Assembly: GCA_963716255.1 (NCBI GenBank)
Contig: OY970303.1
Span: 5,184,001-5,248,000, forward strand
DNA from: an uncultured Gemmatimonadales bacterium
GTDB taxonomy: Bacteria > Gemmatimonadota > Gemmatimonadetes > Longimicrobiales > Longimicrobiaceae
Length of the DNA stretch: 64,000 nt
Direction: 5' to 3'
In this document: positions 10,003 to 19,256 of the stretch, piece after piece
How the letters are laid out: the number at the start of each line of letters is the position of its first letter
Position numbering within the stretch: position 1 is the stretch's first letter
The notes under the pieces: model-generated
Database searches by the model: none
Seen by the model: the letters and a program-made list of their open reading frames with translations, nothing else
Told to the model about the DNA's origin: nothing
Translations under genes and position numbers: made by a program

Positions 10003-10044
10003 GCTGCGCCAGCCAGGGCCGCACCTTCTCTGGAGGAGCCCCGA

Positions 10045-11004
10045 TCTCGGCCGCGTACTGGCTCACCGTGCGCGTGCTCGCCTCCGTCTTGATCCGCCCC
10101 TCCCCCTGCTCGATCACCCCGAACAGCTCCAGCCCGCGGAACTTCACGAACGGGTTCACCTGGAAAGCGCTGATCTGGTTGTTGAACAGCGGGTTGAACT
10201 CCCCCGACCACGCCTGCGCGCTGGTGGTCGCCACCGCGTTCTCCAGCACCAGGTAGTAGCGCGAGCCCGTGCGGTCTCCCCAGAACAGCGTCGCGCTCGG
10301 CGACCTGTCCAGCGTGTAGTACGAGCCGGTCAGCCGCACGCGCAGGTCGGGGCTCACCTGGCGGTCGTAGCCCAGCTTGCCCAGGTAGGCGAGCCGCGCG
10401 CGTCGGGGTTGGTCACGTCGCCCTTGTTGACGCCCGAGGTCACCCCGGCCATGGCCAGGAAGCCGTTCCTGCGCAGGTAGATCTCGGTCCCGGGCTCGAA
10501 GGTCCAGGAGTTCATGATCAGGTTGCCGACGAACGGGTTGTACATGGCGTTGCCGTTGTCGGTGCGGCGGAAGTGGGCGTCGCCGTAGTTGAGGGGGAAC
10601 ATGCCCACCTTGATCGTCGCCACGTCCATCACCGCGTTGAGGAGCGGGTGGTCGATGGGCGACTCGTCGATGAGCAGGTATCCGCCCTTGACCCAGGCCT
10701 CCTGGTGGTGGCGCGAGGAGAGGTAGGTCTCCAGGCTGACGCGGATGCCGGGGGCGAGCTGGGCGTTGAGGCCCAGGTTCGCGGTGGCCAGGTTGAAGCC
10801 GGCGCCGAGGTCGAGGAGCTGGTTGGCGTTGTAGTCCTTGCCGGCGGCGTCCTTCCTGGTGACGGCCACGGCGGAGTTGCTGTGGTCGAGGGCCTGGAAC
10901 TGCTGGGTGAAGGCAGCGCTCCAGTCGAGCTTGAAGCCGGTGAAGGGGACGGCGTCGGTCTTGGGCTCCTCGAACACGTTGACGCCGCGCTGGTCCTGGG
11001 GCCG
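10045..11004 (-). pseudogene. Internal fragment of an outer-membrane beta-barrel-like protein, frameshifted near 10395
   Basis: Good codon bias and alternating aromatic beta-strand pattern across two frames (DQRGVNVFEEPK... then YLGKLGYDRQ...); no signal peptide or proper C-terminus. Confidence 0.55.
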
Positions 11005-11176
11005 CAATAACGGATCCCGACTTCGATGGATCGCGAGCGGAACCGTAAGCGAAAACGCAGCGGAGATGTCGTGATAGAACACGGGTGACTCTCAGATCGG
11101 GAGTTCTCCAGGACACGGGATGCCGCGCCGCCTGGACCGCCAGCACCCGCTTGTGGGAGCCCGCAGCCCTATCGAT

Positions 11177-11930
11177 CACCGTCGACAAAATCCTCGACAA
11201 ATGGTGGCTATCCTATCGATACCGATAGTGGCTACACCATCGCAAAGCGACAGGCCCAACAGGGTGCAACTACCTTCCATGGTACATCTTGGCCAATCTG
11301 GGGCCTGGTTGGATGAACCCGGAAAAGGCAGTGCTCCACATGTGGAAGCTCTTCGCCATGTGGGGCTTCATCGCCCTGTTATTTGCGGATTTCCTCCTAG
11401 CGCGGGGAGCGTCCGACGTGCGTGCGGGGGTGCTCTCGGGAGCGGTGGCCTTCGCGACCATCGGGACGGGCGCGCTGGGGTGCGTGGTGGCGGGGGCGTG
11501 GGCGGACCGGCTGGGGCGGGAGCGCGTCGCCATCTGGGCGATGGCCTTGAGCGGGGCGTGCGCGCTGCTCATGGGCTGGCTGCTGCACGCCCCGCTCGCG
11601 CTGGTGCTGTCGGTAGCCCTGGTCTGGGGTTTTGCCGTGGTGGCGGACTCCGCGCAGTTCAGCGCCGTGGTCACCGAGGTGGCTCCGGCGCACGCGGTGG
11701 GCACGGCGCTGACCTTCCAGACGGCGCTCGGCTTCCTGCTGACCTCGGTGACGCTCACCGCCGTCCCCTACCTGCGGGATGCCGGGGGGTGGCCCCTGGC
11801 GTTCGGCGTCCTGGCGCTGGGTCCGGCGGCCGGGATCGTGGCGATGCGGAGGCTGGATAATCTCCGGATCGCGGCCGCGTCGAACTCGTAGGCACCCTGC
11901 CGTCGACGAATTCTCGACGAACGGGGGCCG
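11177..11930 (+). repeat. Left copy of ~750-bp direct repeat (putative att junction)
   Basis: Colinear with 60277-61030 at a constant 49,100-bp offset; first 33 nt 31/33 identical; stop codons at 11889-11891 and 60989-60991. Confidence 0.9.
11289..11891 (+). pseudogene. 3' fragment of an MFS transporter gene (copy 1)
   Basis: GAWADRLGRER MFS motif A, ADSAQFSA, HMW-LFAMW; only the C-terminal half is present and its 5' part is degraded. Confidence 0.8.
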
Positions 11931-12009
11931 GGCGGCGGGTCGTCGATGGAGCGAACGGTCCGTTATGACGGGCCGACCGGGCCGGTCGCGCGTGCCTCGC
12001 CCGGGGTCC

Positions 12010-12906
12010 TCAGTCCTCCCGGTCGCCCCGACCGTCCAGCAAGGGGGCGAAGGAGTTGTACGCGAGAGATAGCCCCAGCGCGAACAGGGCTGCGCCCAGC
12101 CCGAGGAGCGCGTTGAAGTAGGCGGGCGCGGTGAGCGCCAGACGGATCAGCACCGTGGCCGCGGCGAAGCCCGAGTTGCGGAAGACCACCGCGAAGCGCG
12201 AGCTGAAGCGGAGCGACACCAGCACGACCAGCACGTCGCAGAAGATCAGCACCGTGTAGAAGGTCTCGAACACGGCGCCGGTGCCGCGGCCCTCCAGGAT
12301 GTTCCACGCGTCGCGCAGGACCAGGGCGAGGAAGGCGGCGAGCAGAACGACCGCGACCAGCTTCTTTGCCGCGACAAAGCTCGCCCGGTCGTCCGGGTCG
12401 GCGGTGATGGGGAGGTGGCGCTGCACGCGGTAGTAGAGGCCCAGCACCACGAAGATGAGGAGCGCTCCGCCGATGTCCGCCGCGATGTGCGGGATGGCGG
12501 GCGACACGTCCTCCCAACGGATGGGCTCCGGGAACTCCGCGAACTCGAGGAACGCCTTGCGGAGGAGGATCAGCGAAAGCAGCTCGAACTGCTTCCCCAA
12601 GGAGTCGGCGACCGAGCGGGCGAGCGCGAACACCAACCCCACCACCTCGGCGAAGAGCAGGAGGGTGAAGGCGACGTAGATGGCGCCCAGGTGGCTGGTG
12701 GTCAGCCCGGGGAGCGTGCCCGAGGGGAGCCAGCCGCGCCGGTTCAGCTCGATCACGGCGACGGAGGCCAGGAAGGCGGCCACCAGCAGCGTGCCGATGC
12801 GACGCTGCGTCGCGTGTCCCTCCCACGCCGCCTCCAGCCGGTCGAAGAGCGCCGCCGCGGCGCGCAGGGTCCGACCGGTCGCGGGCGCCGCCAGGACGTG
12901 GTCCAT
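12010..12906 (-). CDS. Polytopic membrane protein of unknown function
   Basis: About 7 hydrophobic segments; ATG at 12906; divergent from hemY. Confidence 0.75.
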   Translation of the reverse strand: MDHVLAAPATGRTLRAAAALFDRLEAAWEGHATQRRIGTLLVAAFLASVAVIELNRRGWLPSGTLPGLTTSHLGAIYVAFTLLLFAEVVGLVFALARSVADSLGKQFELLSLILLRKAFLEFAEFPEPIRWEDVSPAIPHIAADIGGALLIFVVLGLYYRVQRHLPITADPDDRASFVAAKKLVAVVLLAAFLALVLRDAWNILEGRGTGAVFETFYTVLIFCDVLVVLVSLRFSSRFAVVFRNSGFAAATVLIRLALTAPAYFNALLGLGAALFALGLSLAYNSFAPLLDGRGDRED

Positions 12907-13048
12907 GCAGGTGCTCCATGCGGATGGGGTCGGGCGAAGCCGCGGGAGGGCAGATCGCAAGATACACGTCGCGCTTGCGCCATGCACGGGCTTTGTGCAA
13001 CCTTGCGGGACAGGGTGGGTCGTCCGCCCGCGTCACGCGGAGGTGCGA

Positions 13049-14431
13049 ATGCCGGAGGTCCCGGCGGTGGCGGTGGTCGGAGCGGGGCTCGCCGGGCTGG
13101 CCGCGGCGTGGCGGCTGTCGCGGGCGGGGGCGAGGGTGCGGGTGTTCGAGGCGAGCGAGCGCGCCGGGGGTGTGGTGCGCACCGCGCGCGCCGACGGGTG
13201 GCTGGCGGAGGAGGGCCCCAACTCCATGGCCGATCCGCCGCCCGCCGTCCGCGGGCTCCTGCGCGAGGCAGGGCTGGAGGCGCGCCTCGTCCCTACCGGC
13301 CCGGCGGCCCGGCGCCGCTACGTGGTCCGCGGCGGCCGCCCGCTCCCCGTGCCCCTCTCGCCGCTGCAGCTCCTGTTCTCGCCGCTCTTCTCGCTGTCGG
13401 GGCGGCTGCGGGTGCTGCGGGAGCCGTGGGCCGCGCCCGGCGGCGGCGCGGAGGAGAGCGTGGCTGCGCTGGCGCGCCGCCGCTTCGGGCAGGAGGTGCT
13501 GGACTACGCGGTGGAGCCCTTCGTGGGCGGGATTTTCGCGGGCGACGCGGAGCGGCTCTCCGCGCGGCACGCCTTTCCGCGCCTGGTGGCGATGGAGGAG
13601 CGTCACGGCTCGCTGCTGCGCGCCGCCGTGGCGGCGGCACGGGAGCGCCGGGCTGCGGGGGCGGCGCCCGGCCCGGCGAGCTTCTCCTTCGCGGAGGGGA
13701 TGGAGGAGCTTCCGCGCGCGCTCGCGGCGGGGCTGGAGGACGCGCCGCGCACCGGCTCGCCGGTGCGCGCGGTGCGCCGCACGGGCGCGGGGTGGGAGGT
13801 GTCGGCGGAGGGGGCGGGCGGGGCGGAGGTGTTCGACGCGGTGGTGCTCGCCGTGGCGGCGCACCAGCTTCCCGAGCTGGAGCTCGAAGGCGCGGAGGCG
13901 GCTGCGCTCCGCGCGCTGGGCGAGATCCACCATGCCCCCATCGCTGTCGCGGCGCTGGGCTTCCGGCGGGACGACGTGGCGCACCCGCTCGACGGGTTCG
14001 GGGTGCTGGTGCCGAAGGTGGAGCGGCGCCGAGTCCTGGGCGTGCTCTTCACCTCGACGCTCTTCCCGGGGCGCGCGCCGGAGGGCCACGTCCTGCTCAC
14101 CGTGTTCCTGGGCGGCGACCGGAGCCCGGAACTGACTTTGCTCCCTGCGGACGAGCGCGAAGCGATCATCCGCGAGGAGCTGGCGGCGCTGCTCGGCGTC
14201 CGCGGCGAGCCGGTGTTCCGGCACCACGCGGCCTGGCCGCGGGCGATCCCGCAGTACGGGCTCGGCTACGGCGACGTCAAGGCGAGGATGGATGCTCTGG
14301 AGCGGGCCGCGTCGGGGCTCCACCTGGCCGGCAGCTACCGGGCCGGCGTGTCCGTGGGCGACACCCTTGCCTCCGGGCTCGCGGCGGCCGACGCCGTGCT
14401 GGCGCGCGTCGGCGCGCTGGCGCCGGGGTAG
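13049..14431 (+). CDS. hemY: Protoporphyrinogen oxidase (FAD-dependent, HemY type)
   Basis: VAVVGAGLAGLAAA FAD motif, EEGPNS, GFGVLVP, WPRAIPQY; GGAGG RBS. Confidence 0.9.
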   Translation: MPEVPAVAVVGAGLAGLAAAWRLSRAGARVRVFEASERAGGVVRTARADGWLAEEGPNSMADPPPAVRGLLREAGLEARLVPTGPAARRRYVVRGGRPLPVPLSPLQLLFSPLFSLSGRLRVLREPWAAPGGGAEESVAALARRRFGQEVLDYAVEPFVGGIFAGDAERLSARHAFPRLVAMEERHGSLLRAAVAAARERRAAGAAPGPASFSFAEGMEELPRALAAGLEDAPRTGSPVRAVRRTGAGWEVSAEGAGGAEVFDAVVLAVAAHQLPELELEGAEAAALRALGEIHHAPIAVAALGFRRDDVAHPLDGFGVLVPKVERRRVLGVLFTSTLFPGRAPEGHVLLTVFLGGDRSPELTLLPADEREAIIREELAALLGVRGEPVFRHHAAWPRAIPQYGLGYGDVKARMDALERAASGLHLAGSYRAGVSVGDTLASGLAAADAVLARVGALAPG

Positions 14432-14484
14432 GAACCACGACGCGCCGGACACGACACGGAGACGCCGGGGCCGGGCCGAAGCTG

Positions 14485-14585
14485 TGTGAGGAAGGTCCGG
14501 CCCGAGGGGCGAGATCCGGCGGGGGCGCCTCGGTTCGAAAGTGCAGCCCGACCCTGGCGCCGGCCGGGGGCACGCCCGAACCCGC
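14485..14585 (+). repeat. Degenerate copy of the structured intergenic repeat (central hairpin missing)
   Basis: GTGAGG..GGCCCGAGGGGCGAGA and GCCCGACCC..GCCGGGGGCACGCCCGAACCCGC shared with the full copies. Confidence 0.75.
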
Positions 14586-14635
14586 CGTGCGTCGAGACCG
14601 TTGCATCCCGCCCGACCAGGAATTACATTCGAAAT

Positions 14636-14669
14636 CGTAAATCAAAGTTTACGTAAGCAGGAGTTGACA
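14636..14669. promoter_or_regulatory. Degenerate PpsR-like boxes upstream of bchI
   Basis: CGTAAATCAAAGTTTACG (14636-14653) and CGTAAGCAGGAGTTGACA (14652-14669) in an AT-rich patch. Confidence 0.5.
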
Positions 14670-15707
14670 GTGCGACCCCTCTATCCCTTCTCCGCCATCG
14701 TCGGGCAGGACGAGATGAAGCAGGCGCTGCTGATCGCCGCCGTAGATCCGGGCGTCGGCGGCGTGCTGGTGTTCGGCGACCGGGGGACGGGAAAGTCGAC
14801 GGCGGTGCGCGCCATGCCCGCGCTGCTCCCGCCGATGCGGGTGGTGGAGGGCTGCCGCTACGGCTGCGATCCGCTGGCCAACGGCGCCCGCTGCGACGAG
14901 TGCCACGGCCGCGAAGCCGGCGGGGAGCGGATGAGCGCCCGTGCCGTGGCCGTGCCGGTGGTGGACCTGCCGCTGGGCGCGACGGAAGACCGGCTGCTGG
15001 GCGCGCTGGACCTGGAGCGGGCACTGACCCGCGGCGAGAAGGCGTTCGAGCCGGGGCTGCTGGCCCGCGCCCACCGCGGTTTCCTGTACGTGGACGAGGT
15101 CAACCTGCTGGAGGACCACCTGGTGGACCTGCTGCTGGACGTGGCGGCCTCGGGGGAGAACGTGGTGGAGCGCGAGGGGATCAGCGCGCGCCACCCCGCG
15201 CGCTTCGTGCTGGTGGGGAGCGGCAACCCGGAGGAGGGGGAGCTGCGCCCGCAGCTGCTGGACCGCTTCGGGCTGTCGGTGGAGGTGAGGACCCCCACGG
15301 ACGTGCGCGAGCGGGTGGAGGTGGTCCGCCGCCGCGACGCCTTCGACCGCGAGCCGGACGCCTTCATGGACCGCTGGAAGCGCGCGGACACCGGGGTGCG
15401 GCGGCGGATCACCCGGGCGCGCGAGGCGCTGCCGCGCGTGGAGGTGCGGGACGAGGTGCTGACGCGGGCCGCGGAGCTGTGCATCGCCCTGGGGACGGAC
15501 GGCCTGCGCGGCGAGCTGACGCTGCTGCGCGCCGCCCGCGCCGCCGCGGCGCTGGACGGGGACGCCGCGGTGGGCGCCGGGCACCTGCGCCGCGTGGCCC
15601 CCTCCGCGCTCCGCCACCGCCTGCGCCGCGACCCGCTGGACGAGACCGGCTCCACCGCCCGGGTGGAGCGCGCCGTCCTGGAAGTGCTCGGCCCTCCCGC
15701 CCCGTGA
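14670..15707 (+). CDS. bchI: Magnesium chelatase ATPase subunit I
   Basis: YPFSAIVGQDEMK, GDRGTGKST Walker A, LYVDEVNLL, ELRPQLLDRFG. Confidence 0.96.
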   Translation: MRPLYPFSAIVGQDEMKQALLIAAVDPGVGGVLVFGDRGTGKSTAVRAMPALLPPMRVVEGCRYGCDPLANGARCDECHGREAGGERMSARAVAVPVVDLPLGATEDRLLGALDLERALTRGEKAFEPGLLARAHRGFLYVDEVNLLEDHLVDLLLDVAASGENVVEREGISARHPARFVLVGSGNPEEGELRPQLLDRFGLSVEVRTPTDVRERVEVVRRRDAFDREPDAFMDRWKRADTGVRRRITRAREALPRVEVRDEVLTRAAELCIALGTDGLRGELTLLRAARAAAALDGDAAVGAGHLRRVAPSALRHRLRRDPLDETGSTARVERAVLEVLGPPAP

Positions 15708-17461
15708 TTCCGCTGCCTCCCCTCCCGGACCCGGCCGCCCTCGCGGCCCTGGCCGCCGCGCTGCTCGCCGTCGACCCGGCGGGGCTGGGCGGCGTCGCCC
15801 TGCGCGCGCGGGCGGGAGCGGAGCGCGACGGGTGGACGCGGGGGCTGCTCGCGATGCTGCCGGCGGGGACGCCCGTGCGCAGGGTGCCGCCGGGGACGGC
15901 GGAGGAACGGCTGGCGGGCGGGCTGGACCTGGCGGCCACGCTGGCCGCGGGGCGCCTGGTGGCGGAGCGCGGGGTGCTCGCGGCGGCGCACGGCGGGGTG
16001 GTGGTGGTCCCCTCGGCGGAGCGGCTGGAGGCGGGCGCGGCCGGGCTGCTGGGTGCCGTGCTGGACCGTGGTGAGTGCGCCGTGGAGCGCGAGGGGATCT
16101 CCCTGCGCGTGCCGGCGCGGCTCGCGGTGGTGGCGCTCGACGAGAGCGGGACGGACGAGGCCGGGCCGCCCGCCGCGCTGCTGGAGCGCCTGGCGCTGCA
16201 CGTCTCGCTCCCCGACGCCGGCCGCTCCTTCCCTCCGGACGCATTCTCGCCGGCGGGGGAGATCGAGGACGCGCGCCGGCGGCTCGCCTCCATCCACGCC
16301 GAGCCCGCCGCTGTCGAGGCCGTGTGCGCCGTGGCCGCCGCGCTGGGCATCGGCTCGCTGCGGGCGCCGCTCTTCGCGCTCCGCGCCGCCCGCGCGCTGG
16401 CCGCCCTTCGCGGGGACGCGGAGGCGGGCCCGGAGCACCTGGCGGTCGCCGCGGCGCTGGTGCTCGCCCCGCGCGCGACGACCCTCCCGGAGGCGGCGGA
16501 GGAGCCGCCCGCCGCTCCGCCTCCAGCCGACACCCCCGACCGCCCCACTCCGGAGGGCGAGGACGACCGGGAGCCGACCCGGGAGGAGCTGGAGGAGAGG
16601 GTGCTCCGGGCCGTGCGCGCGGCGCTCCCGCCGGGCGTGCTGGAGCGGCTGCGGGCTGGGCGCGCGGCGCGTGGAGGCGGCAGGGCGGGGGACCGGGCGC
16701 GCTCGCCCACGCACGGGCGGCGCATCGGCACACGGCCCGGGGACCCGCGGCGCCGCAGGCTGGACGTGCTGGCCACCGTGCGCGCGGCCGCGCCCTGGCA
16801 GCGCGCCCGCGGGCGCGGCGCGGTGGCGGAAACCGGGCGCCTGTGCGTGCTGCCGTCCGACTTTCGCGTCCGGGTGCTGGAGCGGAAGGCCGGGACGGTC
16901 GTGGTGTTCGTGGTGGACGCATCCGGCTCGGCGGCGGCGGGGAGGCTTGCGGAGGCGAAGGGCGCGGTGGAGCTGCTGCTGGCCGAGAGCTACGTGCGTC
17001 GCGACCGCGTGGCGCTCGTCGCCTTCCGGCGCGCGGCGGCGGAGCTGGTGCTCCCGCCCACGCGGTCGCTGGCCCGCGCGCGGCGGCTGCTGGCCGGCCT
17101 GCCCGGAGGCGGCGGGACGCCGCTGGCGAGCGCCGCGGACACCGCACTCGCGCTGGCGGAGACCGTGCGGCGCGGCGGATCGGCGCCGACCCTGTTGTTC
17201 CTCACGGACGCCCGCGCGAACGTGGCCCGCGACGGCTCGGGAGGCAGGGCCCGCGCCGAGGCGGACGCGCTGTCCGCGGCGCGCGCCGTCCGCGCGGCCG
17301 GCGTCGCCGCGCTGCTCGTGGACACGGCGCCGCGGCCGGGCCCGTTCGCCGCGCGCTTCGCCGCGGAGATGGGCGCGCGCTACCTGCCGCTCCCCGCCGC
17401 GGGCGCCCGCGAAGTGGGCGCGGCCGTGCGGGGCGCCGCGGCCGCGCTCGCGGCGGTGTGA
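15704..17461 (+). CDS. bchD: Magnesium chelatase subunit D
   Basis: GTGA overlap with bchI; AAA-like N-terminus, Pro/acidic linker, vWA domain VVDASGS...GGGTPLA...LTDARANV. Confidence 0.93.
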   Translation: MIPLPPLPDPAALAALAAALLAVDPAGLGGVALRARAGAERDGWTRGLLAMLPAGTPVRRVPPGTAEERLAGGLDLAATLAAGRLVAERGVLAAAHGGVVVVPSAERLEAGAAGLLGAVLDRGECAVEREGISLRVPARLAVVALDESGTDEAGPPAALLERLALHVSLPDAGRSFPPDAFSPAGEIEDARRRLASIHAEPAAVEAVCAVAAALGIGSLRAPLFALRAARALAALRGDAEAGPEHLAVAAALVLAPRATTLPEAAEEPPAAPPPADTPDRPTPEGEDDREPTREELEERVLRAVRAALPPGVLERLRAGRAARGGGRAGDRARSPTHGRRIGTRPGDPRRRRLDVLATVRAAAPWQRARGRGAVAETGRLCVLPSDFRVRVLERKAGTVVVFVVDASGSAAAGRLAEAKGAVELLLAESYVRRDRVALVAFRRAAAELVLPPTRSLARARRLLAGLPGGGGTPLASAADTALALAETVRRGGSAPTLLFLTDARANVARDGSGGRARAEADALSAARAVRAAGVAALLVDTAPRPGPFAARFAAEMGARYLPLPAAGAREVGAAVRGAAAALAAV

Positions 17462-17462
17462 C

Positions 17463-18296
17463 GTGAGCGACGCCGCCCCCGCCGCCCGGCTCCCGGCCGC
17501 CGCCGCGCCCGCCGGGGTGCGCGGCTCGCCGCGGGCGGCGGTGGCGCTGGACCTGGCGCAGGCGTTCGGGATGACGCTGGCCTTCTGGTGGCTGGCGACG
17601 GGGCTGGTGATCGCCGCGCAGCGCGACCTGCCGACGCGCGTGCTGGCCGGGGTGGCGAGCGGCGCGCTGGCGCTGCTGGGGCTCGCGCTGCTGGCCCGGT
17701 CGCGGACGGACGCCACGCCCGCGGGGGCGCGGCGGGGGCTGGCGGGGGCGGGGCTGCTCTGGGCCTGGGTGGCGGTGTCGCTGTACGCGGGGTGGCTGGT
17801 GGGCCCGGTCCCGCGCGCCCCCGCCGCGCCGCCCCCCAACCTCGCCGCGGCGTGGGACGCCGTCCACGCGCTCCTCTGGCACGAGGCGGGGTCGCTGCTC
17901 GTGCTGGGGCTGGCATGGATGCTCACCCGCGCCGGGCCCAACCGCACGGGCTTCCACGCGCTCCTCGCGTTCTGGGGGACCACGCAGCTGGCCAAGCTCA
18001 ACGTCTTCGCCGGTGTCGCGAACCCGGGCGAGCGCTTCCTCCCGGAGTGGCTGCGGTTCGTGGAGTGGTACTTCGGCCCGCCGCGGAGCTCGCTGCTGCT
18101 GCCGCTCACGGTGGCGGCGCTCGCCTGCGCCGCCGCGTGGCTGACCCGCCGCGCCGCCCGCGCGGACGACCCGTTCGCCCGCTGGGCCGGCGCCGCGCCG
18201 GCGTGCCTGCTGGCGCTGGGCGCGGTGGAGCACGCCTTCCTGGCGGTTCGCTGGGACTCGCCGCTCTGGGACGTGTTCCTGCGGCTGCGGGGGTGA
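17463..18296 (+). CDS. puhE: Putative photosynthetic complex assembly membrane protein PuhE
   Basis: FWWLATG, LLWHE, AKLNVFAGVAN..ERFLP, LGAVEH motifs of the PuhE family. Confidence 0.75.
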   Translation: MSDAAPAARLPAAAAPAGVRGSPRAAVALDLAQAFGMTLAFWWLATGLVIAAQRDLPTRVLAGVASGALALLGLALLARSRTDATPAGARRGLAGAGLLWAWVAVSLYAGWLVGPVPRAPAAPPPNLAAAWDAVHALLWHEAGSLLVLGLAWMLTRAGPNRTGFHALLAFWGTTQLAKLNVFAGVANPGERFLPEWLRFVEWYFGPPRSSLLLPLTVAALACAAAWLTRRAARADDPFARWAGAAPACLLALGAVEHAFLAVRWDSPLWDVFLRLRG

Positions 18297-18325
18297 CGGC
18301 ATCGGGGGACCCGAAGACGCCAGCG

Positions 18326-18366
18326 CGAAGCCGGACCCCGGCGCAGCCGGGGGCACGCCCGAACCC
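18326..18366 (+). repeat. Partial copy of the structured intergenic repeat
   Basis: CGAAGCCGGACCCCGGCGCAGCCGGGGGCACGCCCGAACCC. Confidence 0.8.
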
Positions 18367-18412
18367 ATCAGCAGCAGGTGCAGTTCGTCGTACAGCCAAT
18401 CCCGGAGACCTC

Positions 18413-19249
18413 ATGGATCGCTGGAGAAGAGCCGCATGGGCGTTCACGGCGCTGCACGCCGCGCTGATTGCCGGGAGCATCGCCGCGTTCCGCTTCATCG
18501 TGAACCGGCCGGTGCCGGCGTGGGCGGAGCCGGATCTCTGGGCCTGGGCGTACCGCACGGGCATGGCGTGGACCGGGCCGATGTACATCGTCACCGGCTT
18601 CCTGGCGGCGCTCGCGGGGTGGGTGGCGGTCGTCGGCGTGCGGCGCGGCCTCGTGTCGGCGGGCGTGGTGGTGGGGCTGGCGCTGGGGGCGGAGGTGCTG
18701 GGCGTGGGGACCGGATTCCCCTTCGGGAGCTACGGCTACGGGACCACGCTCGGGCCGCGGGTGGCGGGGATGGTGCCGGTGGTGATTCCGCTGAGCTGGT
18801 TCCTGATGCTCTTCGCTTCGTTCGCGGTGGCGGCGCGCTGCGGGCTGGGCGCGGCGGGGACGTGCGCGACCGCGGCGCTGGGGCTGGTCGCCTGGGACGT
18901 GCTGATGGACCCGGCGATGAGCGCGGCCTTCCCCTTCTGGTCGTGGCACCAGGGCGGCGAGTACTACGGGATGCCGCTGGTGAACTGGGCCGGGTGGATG
19001 CTCACCGGGCTGGTGCTCGCCACCGCGGCCGTGGCGACGGCGGGCCCCGGGCTGCGGGACGTGGAGGCGGAGCGATTGCCGCTGGTGCTGTACGGGCTGA
19101 ACGGGCTGTTCCCGCTGGCGCTGGCGCTGGAGAGCGGGATGTACGGCGCGGCGCTGATCGGCGGGGCGGCGATGCTGGCCTTCGGGGCGGCGCCCGCGCT
19201 GCGCGGGGCGCTTCCCCGGCGCGTGGCGTCGCTGGCGCGGCAGCCGTGA
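18413..19249 (+). CDS. cruF: CruF/DUF422-family carotenoid 1,2-hydratase-like membrane protein
   Basis: EVLGVGTGFPFGSYGY..LGP...VPVVIPLSWF, WDVLMDPAM, YYGMPLVNWAGW. Confidence 0.8.
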   Translation: MDRWRRAAWAFTALHAALIAGSIAAFRFIVNRPVPAWAEPDLWAWAYRTGMAWTGPMYIVTGFLAALAGWVAVVGVRRGLVSAGVVVGLALGAEVLGVGTGFPFGSYGYGTTLGPRVAGMVPVVIPLSWFLMLFASFAVAARCGLGAAGTCATAALGLVAWDVLMDPAMSAAFPFWSWHQGGEYYGMPLVNWAGWMLTGLVLATAAVATAGPGLRDVEAERLPLVLYGLNGLFPLALALESGMYGAALIGGAAMLAFGAAPALRGALPRRVASLARQP

Positions 19250-19256
19250 GCGCGCG

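Noticed and set aside
9960..10045. Minus-strand peptide GAPPEKVRPWL as an inverted integrase C-terminus
   Set aside because: Too short and lacks the LGH and catalytic Tyr pattern; cannot be supported by eye
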